The notes under the pieces: model-generated
What the model was told of the DNA's origin: nothing
Database searches by the model: none
Seen by the model: only the letters and a program-made list of their open reading frames with translations
In this document: piece after piece, positions 56,066 to 64,000 of the stretch
Numbering within the stretch: the stretch's first letter is position 1
Layout: each line of letters opens with the position of its first letter
Position numbers and translations under genes: made by a program
Source of the DNA: Poseidonia sp.
GTDB taxonomy: Archaea; Thermoplasmatota; Poseidoniia; Poseidoniales; Poseidoniaceae
Direction of reading: 5' to 3'
Assembly: GCA_965661285.1 (NCBI GenBank)
Contig: CBFIDD010000002.1
Coordinates: forward strand, 64,001 to 128,000
Length of the DNA stretch: 64,000 nucleotides

Positions 56066-58318
56066 TCACCGGACCCGACTTCCGGGCTCGATTTCACCGT
56101 CGATGGTGACCAATCGAACGACACCGTCCCCGTTATCGGCCGCCAGCATCATGCCTTCTGAGGTCACACCTCGAAGCGGTCGCGGTTTGAGATTCTTCAC
56201 AAACACCACCGACTTGCCTTCGATTTCTTCAGGAGTGTAGAATCCCTTCAAGCCAGCACATATGGTTCGGCCGTCATCCGTGCCGTCGTCAAGGCGAACA
56301 ACATACAATTTGTCAGCGTTGGGATGGTCTTCAACACTCAAGATTCGACCTACGCGCAAATTCACTTCCATGAATGTTTCAAAATCAAGGTATGCGATGC
56401 CTTCTGTTTCGTTCTTCATTTTCATTCCTCCTTTTGATTTCTTTCCACCTTTGATGCTTGAGGTCGTGGACGATTCCTCTCCTGATTCGGCCAATCCTTG
56501 TTCTGCTGTGAGGATTTCGTTGAGGTCGAGCCGTTCAAACAACGGTTCGGGCGTGCCATCGTTCCAAACGAGGTCAGCACTCCAATCAATCGCAGACGAC
56601 CAAGGTTCTTCTGCGACCTTTGACCCGTATCCGAGATTTTGCCATAGCCGTTGGGCGCTCGTGGGCATGAAGGGTTGGGTTGTGATACTCAAAAACCGGG
56701 CAATACGCCAACAAAAGGCAAGATGTGCGAAACTCTCTTCGTGGCCCTCCTGCGGTTCTTTGAGGTGTTTCCATGGTGCTGCATTCTGAATGGTTTGATT
56801 GCCGAATTGTGACACGCCCATGATGGCATTCAAGGCGTCTTTGTATCGGTGCTGTTTCAAGTGTTCAGTGATCTCAACAAAGGCTTCCTCAACAGCGGCT
56901 TGAAGGGCCGAAACAGAAGCGTGTTGGTCGTGGTCGAGGAAGGGCGAATGCCCTTGTTCGTGCGGAAGTCTTGCGCCGAGCGTGAGCACCCGGTGGACAA
57001 AATTTCCAAAGTTTGCATTCAACACATTGTTGACTTTGGCAACGAATTCATCCCACGTAAAGTCGGAGTCCTTTTCCTCGGGCATTTGTGCACTCAAGTA
57101 GTACCTCAGCGTGTCTGCAGGATATCGTTCGAGGAACGATGGGAGCCAAATAGCATGTTTTCTCGATTTCGAAAACTGACCCCCGGCGAGCATCAAGTAT
57201 TCCATAGCAGGTACGTTGTGTTCCAGTGCGAATTCTCCAGGCCCGGGGAGCGAGACGGGGGTATCGGCGGTGAGCCCCTTGTTGACATGATTGAGTCCAA
57301 GAATGAGCGCAGGCCAGATGACCGTGTGGAACGGGATGTTGTCTTTGCCCAAGAAATACAAGTGGCGTGGTGTTGTTCCGTCCTCTTCTATGTTCCACCA
57401 GCGCTTCCATGTGTCAGCTCCGTCTGGCAAAGATGTTGCATGATTCTGAGCCCAAATTCTCGCACATGTTGAGTATCCTTGGACGGCTTCAAACCAAACG
57501 TAAACGCATTTGCCCTCCCACGTATCGCCATCAAGGGGAACGGGAATGCCCCATTCAAGATCTCGAGTGACGGCTCTTGGTCGCAGGCCCATGTCAAGCC
57601 ATTGTTTTGTCATCGCCTTGACGTTCGATTTCCATCGGGATTGTTGATGCTGAGCATGTTGTTCGAGCGCATCCTGGAACAAATCAAGTCTGTAAAACAA
57701 ATGGTCGGTTTCTCGAATCTCAATCCGCGCTGAGGGATTCATCTTCGAGATTGGATTCTGAAGTTCAACGGCCTCGTAGGTGGCACCACACGCATCGCAC
57801 TGGTCACCGCGAGCACCGTCTTCACCGCAAGCAGGACACGATCCCTCAACATAACGGTCCGGCAAGAACCGTCCTGAACCATCGTCATGTACTTCGTAGT
57901 ATTGTTCTGTGGTTTTCCGTTCAAAGAATCCACCCGCTTCCAATGCTGCAAAGTTCTCTTGAACCATTCGCTTGTGCTCGGGATCGCTTGTCCGGTTGAA
58001 CAGAGCGCCACCGTATGACGGGCCACGGCTGTCCAAGTCCCCTGCCCAACTGCAACCCAGGTCAATGAGGGCTTTTTTGTTCAAAGCATGGAATTCGTCA
58101 ACAACCTTCTGCGGGGGGATACCTTGTGTTTCAGCCGTCACCGTGATGGGCGTCCCGTGTTCATCGGAACCGGACACCATCAGAACCTTGTTTCCTAATG
58201 CACGTTCAAATCGAAACTGGATGTCAGGGGGAAGGTAGCACCCAGCGACATGACCGAGGTGAAGTGGGCCGTTGGCATATGGCCAAGCAACACAAATCAG
58301 TACGTGTTCACCGGTCAA
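56066..58318 (-). CDS. metG: Methionine--tRNA ligase with a C-terminal tRNA-binding domain
   Basis: PYANGPLHLGH, GSDEHG, zinc knuckle CPAC..CDAC, YVWFEA, GKDNIPFH, QFSKS, OB domain HPNADKL. Confidence 0.97.
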   Translation of the reverse strand: MTGEHVLICVAWPYANGPLHLGHVAGCYLPPDIQFRFERALGNKVLMVSGSDEHGTPITVTAETQGIPPQKVVDEFHALNKKALIDLGCSWAGDLDSRGPSYGGALFNRTSDPEHKRMVQENFAALEAGGFFERKTTEQYYEVHDDGSGRFLPDRYVEGSCPACGEDGARGDQCDACGATYEAVELQNPISKMNPSARIEIRETDHLFYRLDLFQDALEQHAQHQQSRWKSNVKAMTKQWLDMGLRPRAVTRDLEWGIPVPLDGDTWEGKCVYVWFEAVQGYSTCARIWAQNHATSLPDGADTWKRWWNIEEDGTTPRHLYFLGKDNIPFHTVIWPALILGLNHVNKGLTADTPVSLPGPGEFALEHNVPAMEYLMLAGGQFSKSRKHAIWLPSFLERYPADTLRYYLSAQMPEEKDSDFTWDEFVAKVNNVLNANFGNFVHRVLTLGARLPHEQGHSPFLDHDQHASVSALQAAVEEAFVEITEHLKQHRYKDALNAIMGVSQFGNQTIQNAAPWKHLKEPQEGHEESFAHLAFCWRIARFLSITTQPFMPTSAQRLWQNLGYGSKVAEEPWSSAIDWSADLVWNDGTPEPLFERLDLNEILTAEQGLAESGEESSTTSSIKGGKKSKGGMKMKNETEGIAYLDFETFMEVNLRVGRILSVEDHPNADKLYVVRLDDGTDDGRTICAGLKGFYTPEEIEGKSVVFVKNLKPRPLRGVTSEGMMLAADNGDGVVRLVTIDGEIEPGSRVR

Positions 58319-58476
58319 AATGGCTCACCACAAACCACCGAGGGAATGATGCTTCTTGAGGTTCACCCATGTCTTTTCAAACACAGGTCCGTGTTCTGCA
58401 TATGAAGCGTCATTTTGAAGAACCCTACGCTCGTCGGTAGAACCACGCCCCAAGGGGCAGGAGTCTGCGAGACCTC

Positions 58477-59562
58477 ATGGCAAATGACATCATCGCTGCG
58501 GCCACCGTTGCCGTTAACGCCACAGGTGATGGCGACATGACGCTTCTCATATTCTACATTACGCTGGCCCTTGGCGTCTCGTTTTTATGTTCAATTCTCG
58601 AAGCCGTCGTGTTGTCAACGCCACAAACCTATGTCAACATCCTCGAGAATGAAGGAAAACGTACGGCGGAGATGTGGGCTCATCTCAAGGATGATGATTC
58701 GGTTCGCCCCCTCACAGCCATCCTGACCTTGAACACCATTGCGCACACGATGGGGGCGGCCGGTGTCGGTTCACAAGTTCAGCAAATATGGGGCGTAGAG
58801 GTTCTCACCGCAGCCTCTGCCATTCTTACGCTTGCTGTGCTCTTCCTCTCTGAAATCATCCCGAAAACGCTTGGAGCCGCCTACTGGAAACGTCTTTCCA
58901 CACCTTCCGCATATCTCTTGACGTGGTTTACAAAGTCCCTGTTTTTCCTGATCGGCCCCATTCAAGCCATCAAGAACATCCTCCCGAAATCGAGCAGCTC
59001 AAACGTAACACGGGACGATGTTGCAGCCATGGCTGACCTCGGTGAGATTGAGGGCGCACTTGCGGAGGCTGAAGAGACCATCATCCACAACCTGCTTGAA
59101 TTGCGCAACGTCATGGTTGAGGATGAGATGACGCCTCGTACCGTCGTTTCTGCCTTTGATATGAATCAGACCATCGCTGAAGTGCTTGACAACAACACCA
59201 TTCTGCGGTTTTCACGCATCCCTGTTTACGAAGACAACATCGACCACATCCGAGGTCTTGTTATCCGTTCAGATATTCTCATGGCAGCCAGTAGAGATGA
59301 GTGGGAAGTACAACTCAAAGATCTCATGAAACCCATTCTGAAAATTGAACTCGGTTCGACCATCGAGCAGGCTCTCGACGTCTTTTTGAGCAACCGGCAA
59401 CAATTTGCCCTCGTACGCGATGAATTTGGCGGGACATCTGGTATTTTGACGATGGAAGACGTCATGGAGAATCTGCTTGGTAAGGAAATCGTTGATGAAC
59501 TGGACCCTGTTGAAGACATGCGTGAACTTGCCCGGGAACAAGCCGCTCAAGAAGACGAATGA
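58477..59562 (+). CDS. CNNM (DUF21) plus CBS-pair membrane protein
   Basis: SFLCSILEA, ILTLNT, SEIIPKT, MTPR, FSRIPVY, DEFGG..T.ED..E.L.G.EI.DE. Confidence 0.92.
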   Translation: MANDIIAAATVAVNATGDGDMTLLIFYITLALGVSFLCSILEAVVLSTPQTYVNILENEGKRTAEMWAHLKDDDSVRPLTAILTLNTIAHTMGAAGVGSQVQQIWGVEVLTAASAILTLAVLFLSEIIPKTLGAAYWKRLSTPSAYLLTWFTKSLFFLIGPIQAIKNILPKSSSSNVTRDDVAAMADLGEIEGALAEAEETIIHNLLELRNVMVEDEMTPRTVVSAFDMNQTIAEVLDNNTILRFSRIPVYEDNIDHIRGLVIRSDILMAASRDEWEVQLKDLMKPILKIELGSTIEQALDVFLSNRQQFALVRDEFGGTSGILTMEDVMENLLGKEIVDELDPVEDMRELAREQAAQEDE

Positions 59563-60554
59563 GTCGGAAACAACTCGTCCAACCAAGCATCGACCACGGC
59601 CTTTCTCGATGAAGAGTTGTGAGAGCCCGAATGGGTCAGGTCGTCAAGCAGCGCGGTGGTCAGGAGAGATTCATCATTTCCACCGGTCATCAGCGCAATG
59701 AGTCGTTCATGATGGACGGCGCCAAGGCGTTCATCGGGATTCGCTTGGACCAACAATGAGGATTCTTGCGGCATGCCCCATTTTGGAACGTCCGCTTCAT
59801 CGAGATGCAAAAAATTGGCCGTATTTTGATTGATGGCATTGAAATGGCGTAGTGTTTTTTTGAGCACTGTAGGGCGGAAAATCTTCGGAATTTTGAGAAG
59901 AGTGCACGTCTCATCAAAAATTTCGGTATACCCAGTCATGGGTGATTCCAAGATCCAACCGAGCATGGAGACAGCTTCGTGAAGTTCATCTCTGCGGTGG
60001 CTGATTCGCAATCCGATGAATGCGCCGATGCTGTGGCCGTAATGAACCACGCCGGAAGTGAACAACTCCGGCTTTTGTTGAACGAGTTGATTCACGGACT
60101 GAATCAACAACGTGCAGGATTCCTCCGCAGACCATTTGGTCAATGAATCCGAGACACCATGACCGGGGAGGTCAACAAGCACAACGCTCCAACCGCGTTC
60201 AAGGAATGATTCCGCCCTGTATGTCATGCGACAGGCCCCGCCTGTCCAGCCGTGAAAAATCCAAGCAAGAGGGGCGCCTTCCCTCCCTTTTGCGATATAG
60301 TGTGCAACCTCCTGGCCGTTGACAGCCTGCATCGACCTCGAAAAACGTTCATCCTCAACTGGAGGCTTTCGCTTCGGTGGCGCACGGAATGACAGTTGCG
60401 TGACGATCTCGAGATAGACCAACACGACCGAGAAGAAGGCAACGATGGTGCCCCACCAAGGGTGGAGAGACAACGCAAGTGATGTTGAAAGGATGCCAAG
60501 GAACAGAACCAAAGCCGGAAGGATATGGTTTTCTCGCCGTAGAGCGTTTAGCAA
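59547..60554 (-). CDS. Membrane-anchored alpha/beta hydrolase
   Basis: FHGWTG, DLPGHG, GHSIG nucleophile, C-terminal Asp and His; two N-terminal TM helices. Confidence 0.82.
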   Translation of the reverse strand: MLNALRRENHILPALVLFLGILSTSLALSLHPWWGTIVAFFSVVLVYLEIVTQLSFRAPPKRKPPVEDERFSRSMQAVNGQEVAHYIAKGREGAPLAWIFHGWTGGACRMTYRAESFLERGWSVVLVDLPGHGVSDSLTKWSAEESCTLLIQSVNQLVQQKPELFTSGVVHYGHSIGAFIGLRISHRRDELHEAVSMLGWILESPMTGYTEIFDETCTLLKIPKIFRPTVLKKTLRHFNAINQNTANFLHLDEADVPKWGMPQESSLLVQANPDERLGAVHHERLIALMTGGNDESLLTTALLDDLTHSGSHNSSSRKAVVDAWLDELFPTHSSS

Positions 60555-60581
60555 ACGAGGCCCTCACGGAAACGGAACCGC

Positions 60582-61430
60582 TTAATCCTCTTTAGCGTTG
60601 GTTTCGTCTGAAGCCTCTTTGGCCTTGTCGGATTCCGCGTCTTTTTGCTCCTTCTTGGCCTTGCGCTCTTCCTGGCGCTTGAGAAGTTGGTCGCCGAAGT
60701 TGCCCATGTTCTCAAGCCGTGCCCAAATACCGGTAGCCTTCTCCTCCTCAGAGGGTACATACTTCACGAGGTAAGCGCCAAAGAGCAAATCGTACAATCC
60801 CTGTCCCATCTCGCTTCCATTGCGAAGGAAGCGGTCAACGAACCAGACGATGATGAAGATCGTGCCGAGGGAGAAGATGATGATGGCACCGGTGTTATCG
60901 GCCTCCGACAGCTTCTGGAATTGGGTAGCGACCGAGATCACACCAATGAGTGCACCAAGTCCTTTCGTGTTCTCGAGGATTCCGTGCAGAAACAGCGGGT
61001 TGGCACCGTTGCCTCGGATAAATTTCGTGCGAGATACAAATTGACCGAGGTTTCGGCTGAACTTCATCGGAATGAAGATGGCATTCAGGATGATGATGCC
61101 GCCGCTGGTCGCGAAGAGGATGGTGGTGATGATGCCTGTGTCGGATGACGCGATGAAGAGCGCAGCAAAGAGGACACCGAAGTTGATGATGAAATTCACG
61201 AGCCATGAAATCCGGCGGTTCATGTTGGTCGCCAGTTCGTAATCATCCGCAAGACCAACGGGGCGTGCTCGAGGCGTACGCACCTTCTTGGTCTTGGCCG
61301 CCTTTTGAGCTTTCACGGGTTTGGCTTTAGCCGCCTTGGCTACCGGCTTGGCTTTGGCAACTGGTTTTGCCTTCGCTACCGGTTTTTTATCGTCCCCGCC
61401 AGATGCTGCTGCCTTGTCAAGTAGTCCCAT
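60582..61430 (-). CDS. RDD-like membrane protein with a Lys/Ala/Pro-rich N-terminus
   Basis: LATNMNRRISWLVN..GQ..GQGLYDLLFGAYLVK resembles RDD; about 4 TM helices. Confidence 0.6.
   Translation of the reverse strand: MGLLDKAAASGGDDKKPVAKAKPVAKAKPVAKAAKAKPVKAQKAAKTKKVRTPRARPVGLADDYELATNMNRRISWLVNFIINFGVLFAALFIASSDTGIITTILFATSGGIIILNAIFIPMKFSRNLGQFVSRTKFIRGNGANPLFLHGILENTKGLGALIGVISVATQFQKLSEADNTGAIIIFSLGTIFIIVWFVDRFLRNGSEMGQGLYDLLFGAYLVKYVPSEEEKATGIWARLENMGNFGDQLLKRQEERKAKKEQKDAESDKAKEASDETNAKED
61308..61385 (-). repeat. Degenerate 18-bp coding tandem repeat (KPVAKA x3 plus a partial copy)
   Basis: Translation KPVAKAKPVAKAKPVAKAAKAKPVKA, with synonymous differences between units. Confidence 0.75.
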
Positions 61431-61435
61431 GTTGT

Positions 61436-62443
61436 TCACGCTTCCTTGTAGAGTTCACCGATTTGGCGATAGATTTCAAAGTCAGGGGATGCCACGAAGG
61501 TCTCGATTGAGGCAGCAGCCATGTTCCCAAGTTGGTCATCAACCATCATGTAGAATTCAGCCCGTGTATCTTCATCAGTGGTCTCGGGTGAACCCAGCAC
61601 GGCCCGATAGGTTTCGAAGTCCGGGCTCGCAACGAATGCATTGACGATGGCTTCCGGGAGATGTTCACCCAGGAGGTCGTCCACGATGGCAACGAACTGA
61701 CTGAACAATTCCTGTTCGCCTTCATCTGCAGCCTCTGCCGTTGATGGGGTTTCTTGCACAGGCGCATCGCCTTGCTTGAGCGCCTTACGTCGTGCCATCA
61801 ATTCTTGAAGGAGAGGGGTGAGTTCAGCAAGTGCCTCTTTGTCGCCCACCGCCTTAGCGTCTTGATAGAGCGGTTTGAGCGAACGCAGTTCATCTTCAAC
61901 TCGTTTGAGTTCATCTTCGGGAAGAGCAGGTTCGTCTTCAATGAGTTCAACGACGGGTGCATCCCGAATCTCTGCGACCTTTTCCTCGACCGCAGCCTTT
62001 CGCATCACGATGATTTCTCGGTCAAGGGAATGACCGAATCGGTCGGCATACCGGTCAAGAAGAGAGCCGGCTTCTTTGTTGCTGATTCGGTCGATGTGCC
62101 CGTAAATCTGCTGGAGAGGTTTCTCCGACCGCTTGGCCCAGAGATCGTTGTAGCCTTTTTCTTCAGTGATTCCCGAAAGGGTCGTCTCGGGGTTGTTCAC
62201 GGCCGGAGGCAACGGCGTGGAGTTGGAAATAGGGACAGGAGCGGGTGCCGCAGGTGCTGCTGGCGCAGGAGCAGGAACGGGTGCAGGCAAAGGTGCAGGC
62301 ACCCCGGGAAGAGGAGGAAGTTCACCGCCAGGAGGGAGCGGGAGGGGTGCCGGCAATCCAGCAGGCGGAGGCAAATCAGATGTTGGTGGTGTTGCCTCCT
62401 TTTTCTTGGATTTCTTTCCTCTGCGCAGACCCAACAGACTCAC
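61436..62443 (-). CDS. Hypothetical Pro-rich / coiled-coil protein with a duplicated C-terminal motif
   Basis: Basic N-terminus, Pro-rich linker, and two similar motifs FVASPDFETYRAV and FVASPDFEIYRQI. Confidence 0.75.
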   Translation of the reverse strand: MSLLGLRRGKKSKKKEATPPTSDLPPPAGLPAPLPLPPGGELPPLPGVPAPLPAPVPAPAPAAPAAPAPVPISNSTPLPPAVNNPETTLSGITEEKGYNDLWAKRSEKPLQQIYGHIDRISNKEAGSLLDRYADRFGHSLDREIIVMRKAAVEEKVAEIRDAPVVELIEDEPALPEDELKRVEDELRSLKPLYQDAKAVGDKEALAELTPLLQELMARRKALKQGDAPVQETPSTAEAADEGEQELFSQFVAIVDDLLGEHLPEAIVNAFVASPDFETYRAVLGSPETTDEDTRAEFYMMVDDQLGNMAAASIETFVASPDFEIYRQIGELYKEA

Positions 62444-62530
62444 CTCGTCCCAAGGGATGGGAAACCACCCTTGAACCTTACCGCATGTTGAACCATGGAT
62501 AACGCCGTTATCGGCGCCATCATTTTTCCT

Positions 62531-63730
62531 TCATACGAGCTTCGCCCAGCCTTTGAGCACAAGGAAGGTGGCTCCGGATTCATGAATTTGAAATCGCTCA
62601 CCAGCGGTGCTTTCTATGCGACGCTCACCAAACTGGGCTACAGCGTCATCAACAAGCCACTCCACCTCATGTGTTTCATCTATGCCGAAAACAAAGGCCT
62701 CCATCAGCGGATTGTAGCTTTGACTGCCGTCAGGGTCAAGCCGTGAAAGCGGAAATTCAGTCACCCGCATGCCCGATTTCCCATGAAGCGAGGTCGGCCA
62801 TCGAATCTGCCTGCGCACATCGATGGTCACCACCTCATCGGTTTCACCAGCAGAGCCCAATACGACGGAAGCATCGGCTTTGAGAAGGTTGAGAAACAGA
62901 GCCTGATAGTTCCCCAAGAGTTCAAATTTGCCTTCTTTGAGACGCTGTACCCTGCTCTCGTGGTCCATGAGTTCAGCAAGGCGCTTAATCGCGGCAGAAG
63001 ATCGTTGGGAGGTGTTTCCTTCACGGTCCTGGAGCGACTGGAGGGCAGCCTCCAAACGTCGAAGTTCAATGTTGCTGTTTTCGACCCCTCGATGGATGCC
63101 TTGGAGGGTCTGAATCATCGAATCCATGCCTTGGCGAATTCGTTGCGTCCAGCCCTTTGCCTCGTGGTCGTGGTATCGAGCGAGGCCACCCTGAACATCC
63201 ACGCCTTCGCCCCGGATGTGCGACACCAACTCTCGCCTTGCTTCAGAATCCAGATGAAATAATCGAGGATCGCGATAGTGCAAATGAAATCCCCGATGGC
63301 CTGAAAAGGTGACTTGGAGGTGTTCTTCGGAAAAACCGAACTCGGGTTCAAGAAAGTCGTTCCAAAGCGACCACGCCTGTTCTTGGATCACAGCCAACAT
63401 ACCGGGAAAGTCTCGGTCCGTTACACCCGGAAGGTGGTCGCCGTCCAAGTCAAAAATGAGGTCGGCCCCCTGCCAGAGTTTGTCAGCCATTTTCAACTCG
63501 TACGGACGGCGCCAGTATGCAGTTGAGTAAAAACAGGAATGCATGGCACGTTGGGAGAGGAAGGATTGGACCTGGCCGACGTCTGAGAAGGATTTGTGCC
63601 GCAACGGCGGTGCTCCTCCGAATGGAATGAACATCCACTCCCGCGTTTTTATTCGTGGAGGCGACCACAACGCAGCGTTTTGATAGTATTGACCAAAACG
63701 GTGTGCAAACCTCGCCCAACCGTCTGACAT
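62531..63730 (-). CDS. priS: DNA primase small (catalytic) subunit
   Basis: REWMF, YSTAY, ADLIFDLDGD, FSGHRGFH, DEVVTIDVRRQIR.P.SLHGK. Confidence 0.95.
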   Translation of the reverse strand: MSDGWARFAHRFGQYYQNAALWSPPRIKTREWMFIPFGGAPPLRHKSFSDVGQVQSFLSQRAMHSCFYSTAYWRRPYELKMADKLWQGADLIFDLDGDHLPGVTDRDFPGMLAVIQEQAWSLWNDFLEPEFGFSEEHLQVTFSGHRGFHLHYRDPRLFHLDSEARRELVSHIRGEGVDVQGGLARYHDHEAKGWTQRIRQGMDSMIQTLQGIHRGVENSNIELRRLEAALQSLQDREGNTSQRSSAAIKRLAELMDHESRVQRLKEGKFELLGNYQALFLNLLKADASVVLGSAGETDEVVTIDVRRQIRWPTSLHGKSGMRVTEFPLSRLDPDGSQSYNPLMEAFVFGIDETHEVEWLVDDAVAQFGERRIESTAGERFQIHESGATFLVLKGWAKLV

Positions 63731-63780
63731 GGTCTCCCTCGTTCACCACGAAAGGTTGAGGGTTCTTGAAGAACGCCGTT

Positions 63781-63990
63781 TCAATCCTGCTTCATCCAGA
63801 AACGCTCGTCAGCGTCGCTGACCTCGGTCGCCGTATCAGCGCCGGTGGCTTCGACATAATGTTCCCAGCACATGTAGTACTTGTCCACAACCATGGCGTT
63901 TCCGAACGTCAGTCTCATGCCACAGGAATGGCAGCGCGGGCCGAGTTCACCGTTGGGTGCTTGAGCGAGTTGAATGTGGTCGTGAGGCAT
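63781..63990 (-). CDS. Small zinc-finger-like hypothetical protein
   Basis: RCHSCG..YMCWEH; upstream GGAG RBS; same strand as priS. Confidence 0.65.
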   Translation of the reverse strand: MPHDHIQLAQAPNGELGPRCHSCGMRLTFGNAMVVDKYYMCWEHYVEATGADTATEVSDADERFWMKQD

Positions 63991-64000
63991 GATGCTCCTT

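Noticed and set aside
1-64000. CRISPR arrays, IS elements, rRNA genes and prophage genes
   Set aside because: I recognised no spaced direct repeats, transposase, integrase or capsid motifs, or rRNA-like stretches. The window is almost fully tiled by cellular genes.

Overview
A gene-dense core archaeal chromosome segment with about 65 CDS and one tRNA-Val(GAC). I found no CRISPR array, integrase, transposase or rRNA gene. It carries archaeal informational genes (rps19e, rpl39e, rpl31e, rps17e, tRNA splicing endonuclease, archease, Kae1, Tsr3, aMBF1, PAN, PriS, MetG). It also carries many bacterial-type heterotrophy genes: pntAa/Ab/B, mdh, hutH/U/I with a split formiminotransferase/cyclodeaminase, methylmalonyl-CoA mutase and epimerase, FdhF/FdhD, and M6 and S15 peptidases. 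This mix, plus a large surface protein ending in GLPPGWTQEQWEYYGQQYL, suggests Marine Group II (Poseidoniales, Thermoplasmatota); the taxon is an inference. Main highlights: (1) a preQ0 operon (folE-queE-queC-queD) whose QueC lacks the zinc cysteines and is fused in frame to an intact MsrB; the operon is led by a 55-aa ribbon-helix-helix gene missing from the ORF track and by a near-perfect 29-bp palindrome; (2) a TatC-like protein with a Cys-rich C-terminal domain, located between two genes whose products begin MRR; (3) a membrane protein with a double zinc ribbon and four EF-hands, divergent from a DUF835-like gene; (4) a TTCAA element recurring at -29/-30 from many start codons, where an archaeal TATA box is expected; (5) a 50-aa DUF5679-like gene missing from the ORF track, preceded by a structured intergenic region. 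All family assignments come from motif recognition by eye; no database search was run.
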